This document shows, piece after piece, positions 52,004 through 62,601 of a stretch of 64,000 nt of DNA. A program made the translations under genes and the position numbers. Below the pieces are notes generated by a model that saw nothing but the letters and a program-made list of their open reading frames with translations, was not told where the DNA came from and did no database searches. Every line of letters begins with the position of its first letter. Position 1 is the first letter of the stretch. The stretch is from Histomonas meleagridis 2922-C6/04-290x (lineage: Eukaryota; Protista; Parabasalia), in the NCBI GenBank assembly GCA_020184695.1, contig JAANOX010000232.1, positions 186,001 to 250,000 of the forward strand, written 5' to 3'.

Positions 52004-54406
52004 ATGAAGAGCTCCAAAGGAAACAAATCAAAAAAAGGAACTTATCGAAGATTAGAAATAGCATTTAAGACATTACAGGCACTTGCTGGCCAAACTGTTG
52101 TTCATAGAAAGAAAAGTGAATTTGCCATATCACAATTACATATTTTTTTCAAAAAATTCCAAGAAATCCCAGAAACTAGTTTTTCTAAACATCAAAAGAG
52201 CGACTTTTCTGAGCAGATGCTTTTACACATACAAGATTTAATAGGTATCTTAAATCAAAATGTTCTTCAAACATGGACATTGCCAACAATTGAAAACAAG
52301 TGCAATTATGTTCTTCAGCTTTTTAAAGAGAAGTTTCAACAAATTCAACAAACCATATCAACATATCTTCCAAATCTTGAACTTGAGCAATACATTCAAC
52401 CAGAATCTGATCAATGGATTCAATATAATATTCTTGATCTCAGAGCTATTTCAGCGTCATTTACTCAGTATCTTAAGATTGGCAAACCTGATTCACGTCT
52501 AGCTGATCAAATACAATCTCGAATACAATCCATCGAGCAAACTCTTTCTACGTTCGACAGTGATGATACGCAACGTGTCTATTCTCCCATACCATTACAT
52601 TATCAATCATGGAAAGTTGATCTTAAAGATTTCAAATATGATAGTCAAATAGGTCGAGGTGTATCAGCCAAAGTATATAAAGCCATTGACACTCGGCCCA
52701 CCACTCCACCAGAGCATCGTTTTGTAGCCATTAAACAACTTAATCTTGAAAATATGAATACGACCCAATTCCAAAGTTTCCAGCGCGAACTTGCCGTATT
52801 AGCCACAGTAAAACATCCATCCATAATACCATTTGTAGGTGCCACTGATTCACCACCATTTTGTCTGATCACCGAATGGATGCCTAACGGTTCACTTTAT
52901 CATGATCTTCATATAAATCATCGACTTGATGCCACAGGTCGAACCATTGCAGCCTATGATATTGCCCGAGCTATGCAATATTTGCATTCTCGACATATCT
53001 CGCATCGCGATCTTAAATCACTTAATGTCCTTTTAGACTCTAATCTTAAAGTCAAAGTTTGTGATTTTGGTTTTTCACGCTTTAGTGATGAAACCCATTT
53101 AATGACATCTAATTTAGGGACCATTCATTGGATGGCTCCTGAGTTGTTAATACCTGGAAATATGTATACATCGAAAGTTGATGTTTATGCATATGGTATA
53201 TTATTATGGGAACTTGTCACGTGTCAAAAGCCATATTTAGGACTTGATACGCATGATATAATATATGAAGTATCTCATAATGATTTACGTCCGATAATAC
53301 CGAAAGACTTAAATCCATTATATGCCGATTTAATTATTCGTTGTTGGGATCGAGATCCAGACATTCGCCCCACGTTTGATGAGATTGTTAAATTGTTTAG
53401 AACGAAACTTATCACTTTAAATGATGCTGATAAAGTTAAAGTTCAAAATCATATTAATAATAGCACAACGTCAATAGAACAAATTATTACCAAGATTGAA
53501 AAAATGGTACAAAAACTTAAAGAGTCGAAAATAACAATAAATGAATTATATGAATATCTTAAAGCGAATGGAATTCCATTAACAATTACTGATACATTAT
53601 TTAATGCTATTGTCGAATTAATACCGAATTATAACATCTCCGAAATTTGTAAATTGTTTTTGTTATTTAAAACAACAAAAATTTCCGAAGTATCAAAGAT
53701 ATTACGAACTTTTCCACGGAATTCAATTCCGCATAATATAATAACCGAATTCATTTATGAGTTACCAACTGGTTCCAATGAAACTGATTTAAACATATTA
53801 ATTTCCGCTTGTAAAAATAATTCTTCTGATTTATGTTCATTATACGTCACAAAGCCAGAAGAAAAGGCTTTAGCTTTAGAAATAACTCGATTAAATAGAA
53901 TCGACGTAAGAATTCGTGAGCCTTTAATCGATATATGTATAGCAGCAACATTCATCGAGAATAACGTGTTGAGATTAGCGGCATTGAGACTTTTGTTTGT
54001 GATGAACGAACTAAAAAGAATTTCGTTAAATGAGTTGAAAAAGTTTTTCGAAAGTAATAACAAAAATTTGATTTTCCTTTCGTATTTCGTGTTGGTTGAG
54101 ATCTCGGATTATAAAGAAATTGATGATGATTTGATTAATAAAGTGTTTGAGTTGTGGGAAATAGATAATAATGCTGCAATTGCTATTATAGCATTGTGTA
54201 AAAATAAACAAATTGCTCAAAGAGCTATTGGAAAAATTGAAAATAACGCTGAAAACAAATTGTCTGTGTTGGAGTTGAAAATTCTTGTCGCGGCTTCGTT
54301 GCATGAGGAATTAAAAGATAAAATTAAAAATATAATGAAAAATTTGGAATTGGATGAAATGGAAAATCGATTTAAATTGCCAATAACTTATTTAAAGAAT
54401 TTGTAA
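52004..54406 (+). CDS. TKL-family protein kinase with helical N- and C-terminal extensions
   Basis: IGRGVSAKVY, VAIKQL, HRDLKSLNVLLD, CDFGFSR, GTIHWMAPE, KVDVYAYGILLWE, RCWDRDPDIRPTF. Confidence 0.95.
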   Translation: MKSSKGNKSKKGTYRRLEIAFKTLQALAGQTVVHRKKSEFAISQLHIFFKKFQEIPETSFSKHQKSDFSEQMLLHIQDLIGILNQNVLQTWTLPTIENKCNYVLQLFKEKFQQIQQTISTYLPNLELEQYIQPESDQWIQYNILDLRAISASFTQYLKIGKPDSRLADQIQSRIQSIEQTLSTFDSDDTQRVYSPIPLHYQSWKVDLKDFKYDSQIGRGVSAKVYKAIDTRPTTPPEHRFVAIKQLNLENMNTTQFQSFQRELAVLATVKHPSIIPFVGATDSPPFCLITEWMPNGSLYHDLHINHRLDATGRTIAAYDIARAMQYLHSRHISHRDLKSLNVLLDSNLKVKVCDFGFSRFSDETHLMTSNLGTIHWMAPELLIPGNMYTSKVDVYAYGILLWELVTCQKPYLGLDTHDIIYEVSHNDLRPIIPKDLNPLYADLIIRCWDRDPDIRPTFDEIVKLFRTKLITLNDADKVKVQNHINNSTTSIEQIITKIEKMVQKLKESKITINELYEYLKANGIPLTITDTLFNAIVELIPNYNISEICKLFLLFKTTKISEVSKILRTFPRNSIPHNIITEFIYELPTGSNETDLNILISACKNNSSDLCSLYVTKPEEKALALEITRLNRIDVRIREPLIDICIAATFIENNVLRLAALRLLFVMNELKRISLNELKKFFESNNKNLIFLSYFVLVEISDYKEIDDDLINKVFELWEIDNNAAIAIIALCKNKQIAQRAIGKIENNAENKLSVLELKILVAASLHEELKDKIKNIMKNLELDEMENRFKLPITYLKNL

Positions 54407-55143
54407 AAATTGTTTTATTGAATAAATTAAATGTTTTTAGAAAAATATTTTTTTTCCAAAATTTATGATGTTATTCGAGGGTGGACCCAAATGTTTAGTC
54501 TGAGGAGGATTAAAATTGAGGTTGAAATTTCAACTTAAAAAAATTGGGAAAATCTGATCAATACAAAAATGTAAATCAAAAATTTCAAGAATGTGAAATG
54601 CTTCCATAAATCAAGCACATAATCTATTGTATTAACAAAGAAAATATTACTCACTTAATAAATTTAATTTTGATGAAGATTATCCAATTTCCTTTGATAT
54701 CTATATACATTGGAAAAATTGTATTTATTTCATTTATGCTAAAAATAAATGATTATAAAGCATGCTTTCTTTTATTAAAAGAAATTGAAAAATTATCTCG
54801 AATGTTTAACATTTGAGAGAATTTGATAATTTTCTTATAGAATCATTCATTATTAAATATTATTATTCCTCGTGATACCATGTAACCACAAAAACGCTAG
54901 CAATTATATAAGCACAAAAAAAATAATGAAATCATGATGATGAACCTTTAACTTTAAACGGTTTCCATTTTTGAAAGTGATCCGGGGGGCCCGAACCCTG
55001 TTGAAGTTCTATCGTTCAACATTGAAAAAGTAAAGAGGACGTTTAGAAAAACCGAAAATTTTTGTAGGGGTTACAAACATTTTCACAATTTTTCGCATTG
55101 TACTATTTCCCGACGCTTCGGTAAAATTTGCGATTCACAGTGT

Positions 55144-56049
55144 TCACACTTCGTATCTATCAAGTTGTACTATTAGTGATTGAATCAAGTTAACAAGATT
55201 TCTGTCTGGCTCTGCAAGTTGAACTTGATGCTCTGTCTCAATCTGAAACCATGGGTGTGATAGGATGTCGTTAGGGCATGGCCTGTCATTTGGATTCACT
55301 GTTAAGATCATTGATAATAAATCTTTTAATTCTTCACTCATCGTGTCGTCGTAAATAATATTACCACTGCAAATCTGTTCTGTTGTGGCACTCAATATTA
55401 GGTCTGGAGGGGTATTATCATCAATAATCCATGGTAAATGATTTGAAACCATCGAGTATAAACATATCCCAGCGCTCCAAATATCGACGCTAAAACCATC
55501 ATACTGTTGTCCTGTGATGATTTCAGGAGCAGTGTAAACAAAAGTTCCGCACATAGTTGTATACAAATTACTGAGTGGTTTTCTCTTGCATAACCCAAAA
55601 TCAGCGAGCTTAGCACTTCCATCAGCAGCGATTAATATGTTTCTCAAGGTTATATCTCGATGTGCATAATTTTGATTATGAATGTATTCGATTGCTTCCA
55701 TGATCTGTCTGAAAAATACCATAGCTTGTTGTTCGCTTATCCCTCCTGTTGATCTTACAAGATTTTCGAGGGTACCTCCAGGGCATAATTCCAAAATTAA
55801 AAAAAGGTTTTGTCCGTCACATTGGATGTCATAAAAGCGCACGATTCCTGGGTGAACCATATGAGAGTTAGCTGTCAGCTCATTTTTAAAATTTTCGTAG
55901 TTTTTGCTATCTTCTTTCACAGTTCGAATGTTAATAACTTTGCAAGCATAAACCATCCCAGTCATTCTATGACAACACTTCCAAACTTGCCCGAACGAAC
56001 CTTGTCCAATGAGCTCGATGAGTTGATATGGCCCTATAAATCCATTCAT
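55144..56049 (-). CDS. CAMK-group Ser/Thr protein kinase
   Basis: IGQGSFGQVWK, YACKVI, HPGIVRFY, AHRDITLRNIL, LADFGL, CGTFVYTAPE, VDIWSAGI. First ATG is at 56049; the track start is TTG. Confidence 0.93.
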   Translation of the reverse strand: MNGFIGPYQLIELIGQGSFGQVWKCCHRMTGMVYACKVINIRTVKEDSKNYENFKNELTANSHMVHPGIVRFYDIQCDGQNLFLILELCPGGTLENLVRSTGGISEQQAMVFFRQIMEAIEYIHNQNYAHRDITLRNILIAADGSAKLADFGLCKRKPLSNLYTTMCGTFVYTAPEIITGQQYDGFSVDIWSAGICLYSMVSNHLPWIIDDNTPPDLILSATTEQICSGNIIYDDTMSEELKDLLSMILTVNPNDRPCPNDILSHPWFQIETEHQVQLAEPDRNLVNLIQSLIVQLDRYEV

Positions 56050-56443
56050 ATTCGGATTAACTGAATTATCTGACTTTGTTTCAATAAACAAGTTTCTGAG
56101 CGACGGTAATTGAATTGACAATTAACCGCCTGAGCAACTTTTGTGTTTTTTGCGCCACACTTACCGACTTCCTCTCAAAAAATTTTATTGTAAACGAAAT
56201 TTTTGCAAGTAACAAACAGGAAAACAAATAAATTCATATGAAAAATACAATTATGAGATAAATTCAATTTGATATGCAAATAGATGGGAATCAATCATCA
56301 TTTTTAAATTGGTATGAAATTAATTTATCATAAAAAATTTTAACATCCAAAAAATGAATTAATTTTCTAAACCCATAAAATGAAAACAAAAGATAGATAA
56401 GGTTTTAGCTAGTCTATGTTTTATTCATTGAAAATAATTATCT

Positions 56444-57412
56444 TTAAAATATAGATCGAAGAAAAGATGTGAACAAACGATCGACCTTCCCGATAAACTC
56501 AGAAAATACAAACTCTGATTTTGGTTCATTTTCTTCTATTTTACAATTTTCGAAAAGTTTGGAATGAAAGACAGGAACTTCATTCTTCTTTTGTGATTCA
56601 TCATCAATGAAGTTTCTTTTAGGGTCATATCTTCCTTTGTAACAAACAACTGCATATCCAGAAATTATTTGAAATACTCGATTATCTAAATCGATGTTAT
56701 TTTTCTCCTGATCAATGAAGCTGGAGTACTCAATAGAAATCCAGTTGCTATCTGAACGTGAAACTCTTGACAAATCACCAAATTTTGAAAAGAATTTGAG
56801 AGTTTCCTCGTAATACAAATCTTGGACACCAAATATTGTGTACCATCTGCTTGAGATGACAAGGTTAAATTGTAATACAGAGTAAGGATCTGATTTCGAA
56901 AATGAAATAAGTGCTGATCTGATATCAGAAACAAAATGTACTGTAGGCTTCTGAATTGTTGAAGCATACTTGCCCTTGTGAAAAAGTAATGTTGTCCCTC
57001 GTTTTTTGATCTCATCGTCAGAATTTAATATCAGCTGATTTTCAGGAGAAAGAGACATAAATTTAACAGATATCCATTTTTCAAATGACGTTAGACATTT
57101 AGATATTTCACCATATTGTAAACAATGATTATATGCTTCTATTATTGAGAATGAAGAACTATCTGAAATCCATGTTAAAGTAAACCATTCACCAGACTTT
57201 GATTTTGAAATTTCCTTTTGTTTTCCATATAGGCTATGTTCTGGATATGTTCCAATATAATCATATCCGTATTTTCCAAAAACTCGAGGTTCAGGAAGTG
57301 TTCTCAAATTACCACTGTGTGAAGAAGAAACAAGTTGCACTTCAACTGATTCGTAATCTCTAAAAAGTCTAGTCTTAATGAATTCGGTGTTTTCTGTTTC
57401 TTTAGAGACCAT
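56444..57412 (-). CDS. Protein with a C-terminal Nup35/Nup53 (MPPN)-like RRM
   Basis: WYTIFGVQD...LKFFSKFGDL...SNWISIEYSS resembles Nup35 WVTVFGF...QFAQYG.I...NWMHIRYQS. ATG is at 57412. Confidence 0.55.
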   Translation of the reverse strand: MVSKETENTEFIKTRLFRDYESVEVQLVSSSHSGNLRTLPEPRVFGKYGYDYIGTYPEHSLYGKQKEISKSKSGEWFTLTWISDSSSFSIIEAYNHCLQYGEISKCLTSFEKWISVKFMSLSPENQLILNSDDEIKKRGTTLLFHKGKYASTIQKPTVHFVSDIRSALISFSKSDPYSVLQFNLVISSRWYTIFGVQDLYYEETLKFFSKFGDLSRVSRSDSNWISIEYSSFIDQEKNNIDLDNRVFQIISGYAVVCYKGRYDPKRNFIDDESQKKNEVPVFHSKLFENCKIEENEPKSEFVFSEFIGKVDRLFTSFLRSIF

Positions 57413-57685
57413 TGGGCAGTTTACCCTTTTGGGCAAAATTAACGTACTTTCTTCTGTTCTTATTTTCAATATATAAATGGCCGATTAATTTGCTCATGTT
57501 TTTCCTTTTTCATTTATTAGAATAAAGCCAAAGTCTATGGTAATGGCTTCATCATCTTTTAATAAAAAGTTTAAACTTCAAATCATTAAATCAAATATGT
57601 AATCAGATTTCATTAGAAAACTTTTTAATGATTTCACACGAAACCAAAAAAACAAAAATTTCTTAATTTGATTCTTTAATGGAGT

Positions 57686-58918
57686 TCACATTGGTTGACA
57701 GCTTCCTTGATGTTGATATCCATCATCTTCGCCGTATGCCTCATGTCTTTGGCTTCTGCTTGACTTAGCATTTTCGAATTGTTTGATGTCTGAATCTTTC
57801 ATCTTAACAACGAATACGTTTTCATCCTTCATATTAATTCCAGCTGTCTCATCTGGCACTGGCAAAGCTTTCATGAGTGCGCTTCTAAGCTCTGGTGTTA
57901 TTTGATTTGGCTTTGGAAATTCGACTTCGAACTTGATGAAAAGTCGACCTTTCTCAAATTGATTGCCACGGATTGGCATACCTTCGCGGTCTATAACCTT
58001 GACGGAATCTGGGATAATGATCTGTCCAGGAGTTGTTTCGACAATGACTTTACGACCATCTAAATGATTAATGACAAATTTAGCTCCAAGCAAAGCTTCA
58101 CTAAGAGTGATTCTCTTAAGGGCAAGGAGATCGTCGTGGTTTCTAACGAATGTCTGATGTTGCTTTTGCTTAAGCTTAATGATAAGATCACCAGTATCAG
58201 CGCCTGGGGCTTCATCAGAACAACCTTGGAAGACGATGCGTTCACCATTCTCCATTCCTGGTTCGATATGAACGGTAACTTTCTTGGCTTCTTGTGTGAT
58301 CTTCTTACCTTTACATGCGGTGCAACGATCTTTAGGATCAATGCTTTCACCTGTTCCATGACATGTTGGACATGGTGCAATTTGTTGTGAGACCATAAAG
58401 CCCATTCTGGTAACTTGAACTTTTTGTCCTTTACCATCACAATCTGCACACTTCTTGGGTGACTTACCTTCAGCACAACCAGAGCCATTACATTTCTTAC
58501 AAAGAACATCACGATTGATCTTAAGAGTTACTTCACGACCATTATAAAGATCTTCGAGTGAAACACTAATAGTGTGTTCAATATCTTGTGTCCTAGCTTT
58601 ACGTTTAGAGCGTCCACCTCCCATACCAAAGTTTCCAAAGCCAAAAAGATGTGAAAGAATGTCATCCATTCCACTACCGCCGGCTCCTTCACGAAGACCT
58701 TCAGCGCCATATTGATCATATATTTGACGCTTTTGAGGATCTTTTAAGATATCATAAGCTTCGTTAACTTGCTGGAACTTTTCGGTTGCATTTGGGTCAT
58801 CTCGATTACGATCGGGGTGAAGTTGCATTGCCTTTTTTTTATATGCCCTTCTGAGGTCAGCTTCGCTTGCATCTGGTGAAACACCAAGTAAATCATAAAG
58901 CTTCGTGTCGACAACCAT
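57686..58918 (-). CDS. Type I Hsp40/DnaJ (YDJ1/DNAJA family) with CaaX
   Basis: MVVDTKLYDLLGV...HPDRN; G/F region; CxxCxGxG zinc-finger repeats; HIEPGM; PGADTGDLI; C-terminal CQPM. True ATG is at 58918. Confidence 0.97.
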   Translation of the reverse strand: MVVDTKLYDLLGVSPDASEADLRRAYKKKAMQLHPDRNRDDPNATEKFQQVNEAYDILKDPQKRQIYDQYGAEGLREGAGGSGMDDILSHLFGFGNFGMGGGRSKRKARTQDIEHTISVSLEDLYNGREVTLKINRDVLCKKCNGSGCAEGKSPKKCADCDGKGQKVQVTRMGFMVSQQIAPCPTCHGTGESIDPKDRCTACKGKKITQEAKKVTVHIEPGMENGERIVFQGCSDEAPGADTGDLIIKLKQKQHQTFVRNHDDLLALKRITLSEALLGAKFVINHLDGRKVIVETTPGQIIIPDSVKVIDREGMPIRGNQFEKGRLFIKFEVEFPKPNQITPELRSALMKALPVPDETAGINMKDENVFVVKMKDSDIKQFENAKSSRSQRHEAYGEDDGYQHQGSCQPM

Positions 58919-59056
58919 CCTTAAAAATAAAGGCTTTGGCGGTTGTATACAATTTAAGTGGCCAAACAACCATAATTGGGGTGCCCCAAGAAAATTTGGC
59001 ATTTCCATACAAAATCTGGGGTGCCCTAAGAATTCCATGTTTTTCATTTCATTTAA

Positions 59057-59743
59057 ATGGGTGAAAGAAAGCCTGCATGCCATTATATTCCACCAGACTT
59101 CGACCCAAAGCGTCCCGCAAGAAGATGTAAACCTCAAAATGGTCAGCATCAAGTTCGTTTCATGTTACCAATGTCACTTCAATGTAAAAATTGCGGAGAT
59201 TACATGTTTTTAGGTACAAAAGTTAATTGTAGAAAAGAACTTTGTTATGATGAGTTTTATTTGGGTATTAACGTTTATAGGATTTATATGCACTGTAAAT
59301 CTTGTTATGCGGAAATTACTTTGAAAACTGATCCTAAAAATTGCGATTATATAGTTGAGCAAGGTGCAACAAGACACTTTGAACCTTGGAGAGATTTTTA
59401 TATTCAACAAGCTATGGATGAAAAAACTAAAATGCTTGGAAACAAAATTCAACAAGTAGAAGAAAGTACAGTTGATACTCAAAGAGAAATGGATCAGTTA
59501 AGAGAATTAGAAAGATTAAGAGCCGTTAGCAATAAGCAAAATAAAACAAATATAGAAAAAATTATCGCAAAAGAAGAGAAACAAGACGTGTTAACAGATG
59601 AAGACAAGAAAAAAATCGAAAACTTCGAAGAAGATCAAAAGAAATTAAGAAAAGAAAGGCCGACCATTGGATTATTTGGAAGAAGTAGATTTGGTGGTAA
59701 TAGTGGCGGCTTTTTCAAGTTTGGCACTGATCCTGAAATATGA
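59057..59743 (+). CDS. YJU2: Splicing factor YJU2/CCDC94 (Cwf16)
   Basis: MGERK...YIPPDFDP, VRFMLPMSLQCKNCG.Y, YLGINVYRIYMHCKSC, KTDPKNCDY.VEQGATRHFEPW. Confidence 0.95.
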   Translation: MGERKPACHYIPPDFDPKRPARRCKPQNGQHQVRFMLPMSLQCKNCGDYMFLGTKVNCRKELCYDEFYLGINVYRIYMHCKSCYAEITLKTDPKNCDYIVEQGATRHFEPWRDFYIQQAMDEKTKMLGNKIQQVEESTVDTQREMDQLRELERLRAVSNKQNKTNIEKIIAKEEKQDVLTDEDKKKIENFEEDQKKLRKERPTIGLFGRSRFGGNSGGFFKFGTDPEI

Positions 59744-59928
59744 ATAAAAGGTAATTTGTAAATATGAATTAATCAATCATTTTTAAAAAATTTTAATATT
59801 CTAAAAAATAAAAAAGCGTATGTCTATCCTTTAGTTTTTTGGGTCCATTTCCTTTTTCAGTAATATTACTGAAGATAATCTGAAAATTAAAAAAATGCTT
59901 TTTTGACTGCGTTTGTTCGAATAGAAAA

Positions 59929-62316
59929 ATGGAAGAAAAACAAACTTTTCCTCACCAACATCTTTTTCCAAATATTACTGAAGAACAAAAACAAACATTG
60001 ATTGATTATATTCCAGATGTGTTTTATGAGAATGATAAAGATTTTGATCCTATTGATTTTTCTTTATCTCTTTTACCTGATGCCGACAATCCTGACTTTA
60101 ATAAAGAACTTGACAAGCTTTCCAATGGACAAATGGATTCTCTTGATATTGTTTCTCGAAATCTTAACCAAAATGTACTTGAAAATTATACCGAAGTTAT
60201 TCGAGCAATGACACTTATCTCAGATCTTAATAATCATCTTAATGTTAGTGCCCAAAATATTTCACAAGCACGACAAATTCTTAGTAATACTGATAGAGAA
60301 ATATGCGAACATCCTGACAAATTCTTTCGGCAGGTTACCAAACAACAGAACCTTGACAAGGTACTTGGGTTACTTAATGAAATCCAAACCATTTCTAAAG
60401 GATATGAAGATCTCTCCGAAGCACATAAAAATCATGATTATGTCACAGCATTAGAATTATGTTCCAAACCATCAGACCTCAACAGCAACATTCGACAACT
60501 TAATTGTATATCCGGTTTAGTTTCTAATCTACAAAATATGAAAGAAAAAGTTGTCTCAATTATGGATGACTCATTACGAGAACAAATTGTACGCTTCGAA
60601 CGCGATGTTTACCGAAACTTATTACGTGCGTATGAATCATTAGGCAAACTCCAAGTTGTACCCATTAAATTACAAGAAGCGTTTGTCACAAAGCTTACGA
60701 CAGAAAATGATTCATTGGTCAATAATAATGCTGACTTCAAAACGTTGGCACGTTACAAACAGTTATTGCAACGTGTTATAGATAACAATTATTCTATTCT
60801 TAACACTCATTTACAAATCATTAATTGGCATCGATCAACCAATGAATTTGAAAGTATTCGAAAGCCAATTGAAGATATTGCGAAAATTTTATGGGATTCG
60901 GCTGAAAATTATGTAACAAATATCATAATTAAAGCACCTGCTGATAAACTTGGGTTTGAAGAATTCGATCGAATGTTAAAACTTACGTCATCATTTATCC
61001 AATTTGGTTCAACAGTTGTTGATTTACCAGGTCAACAACTAACAAACGCCGTTAACAATCTGACAAATAAATATTTCAAATTATTCCAGAAAAGTGCTCT
61101 CGAAACTGCACACGAAAATATCGAGAACGATACGTGGAATTCAATACCTTCGACAAACGAATTAGAACGATCAATATTAACGTTGTCCATACCTATCAAG
61201 GAATCAAATGATTCTAATGATGTCGCTAATATTACAATACCTTCAGCATTCCCTATCGACTTACAAAAGATGACAATTTCATGTTCAGCAATTATTAAAT
61301 TATTACATCAATATTTATCAATGATGAAACTTGTTCCGACACTCGCGACGGATTGCTTTAAAGGAATGAAAGAACTAATCGAGTATTATTCATTTTCACT
61401 TTTATATATTGTCACAAAGAATTTGAATTTGAAACCATTTGATATCAATAATAACCAAATTAACATATTTAACCATAACTTAATCCTAATGAAAATCGAA
61501 GAATCGCAATGTTTAATACGTATAATTCAACATATTCAAGAATCGCAAATTAAATTACCATTAAATCTAACAAATAGTATTAACAACTTTGACAACAATA
61601 TTAAGTTTATCAATGACATAGTATCAATATCTTCCGATATTAAGATCATTGGTTGGTATTTATTATCTATTCGAACAATTTTCGAAGAATCTTTGCCAGA
61701 AAACTCGCTTGGACAGTTGCGTAGGTTCTTCAATGATGTTGTTAATATCTTTTTAATGCATTTTCCTTCATTTTGTTTCCAATATATTACACCAAATTTG
61801 GTACATTTAGGTGAATTTGAACAACAAGTCAAACTTGTCAAATGGAATATTAATGAGGCTCAAGTTGAACCTCATTATTTCACTAACGTTTGGAAGGAAG
61901 CTGCTAAAAACATTAATGTAATTATTAACAAGTTGGAATCGATTGATCAAGAATATAAAGATGAATTATGGAAAGGGTTTTGGTGTTATAGTAACTTCAT
62001 TTTAATCAATGGATACTCAGTCCAAAAATGTACAGCAGAAGGAAGAACTTCAATGCTATCGGACTTCAGAAATATGTCACACGATTTGATTGAATTCACA
62101 AACAAAAGAATTCAATTCGACACAAATTGGGTGGCATCGTTTGTGCAGTCATTTTTCTTGGGGGTACCCGAATTCAAAAAGTGGGCAAGTGAAAATTACA
62201 AGAGATACACATGTAACAATATTATGGCGGTAGTGGAAACAGGTTTGTCTGATGATATAAACAGACAAGCAAAGAAGGAGTTAAGACTGTTCGTACAGGA
62301 GTTGTATAACTCATAA
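59929..62316 (+). CDS. VPS50: VPS50/syndetin (EARP complex subunit)
   Basis: N-terminal Vps54-N-like coiled coil; AYESLGK; C-terminal VKWNINE...GYSVQKCTAEGRTSMLSDF...FVQSFFL resembles syndetin KWDVKE...[20 protein letters not shown]...YIKAYYL. Confidence 0.85.
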   Translation: MEEKQTFPHQHLFPNITEEQKQTLIDYIPDVFYENDKDFDPIDFSLSLLPDADNPDFNKELDKLSNGQMDSLDIVSRNLNQNVLENYTEVIRAMTLISDLNNHLNVSAQNISQARQILSNTDREICEHPDKFFRQVTKQQNLDKVLGLLNEIQTISKGYEDLSEAHKNHDYVTALELCSKPSDLNSNIRQLNCISGLVSNLQNMKEKVVSIMDDSLREQIVRFERDVYRNLLRAYESLGKLQVVPIKLQEAFVTKLTTENDSLVNNNADFKTLARYKQLLQRVIDNNYSILNTHLQIINWHRSTNEFESIRKPIEDIAKILWDSAENYVTNIIIKAPADKLGFEEFDRMLKLTSSFIQFGSTVVDLPGQQLTNAVNNLTNKYFKLFQKSALETAHENIENDTWNSIPSTNELERSILTLSIPIKESNDSNDVANITIPSAFPIDLQKMTISCSAIIKLLHQYLSMMKLVPTLATDCFKGMKELIEYYSFSLLYIVTKNLNLKPFDINNNQINIFNHNLILMKIEESQCLIRIIQHIQESQIKLPLNLTNSINNFDNNIKFINDIVSISSDIKIIGWYLLSIRTIFEESLPENSLGQLRRFFNDVVNIFLMHFPSFCFQYITPNLVHLGEFEQQVKLVKWNINEAQVEPHYFTNVWKEAAKNINVIINKLESIDQEYKDELWKGFWCYSNFILINGYSVQKCTAEGRTSMLSDFRNMSHDLIEFTNKRIQFDTNWVASFVQSFFLGVPEFKKWASENYKRYTCNNIMAVVETGLSDDINRQAKKELRLFVQELYNS

Positions 62317-62601
62317 GTAAAATTAATTTGAAATTTTATTGATTTTATTAGTAACCGGCGATGTCTTCTAAGTTTGGAGTTTTTGTCAGTAGTCTAATTG
62401 CAATTATTTTTTTTTCTATGAAATAATCTATTTATTAAATCATACAAAAAAAAAGTATATCGAAGAACAATTGCATAATCCAAAAATATCTCATAAAGCA
62501 CTATAATAAGCTAAATTATTTTAAAATATTTTATGTTATCAGTGAAGAAAAAAATGAAGTTAATATTAAACAAAGCTTGTCAATTCGGGGATAAGAACGG
62601 A

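Noticed and set aside
23965-62316. Functional cluster of trafficking genes (beta-adaptin, TVP23, WDR11-like, DPF protein, VPS50)
   Set aside because: Trafficking families are greatly expanded in parabasalids and the genes are scattered among unrelated ones, so chance is sufficient.
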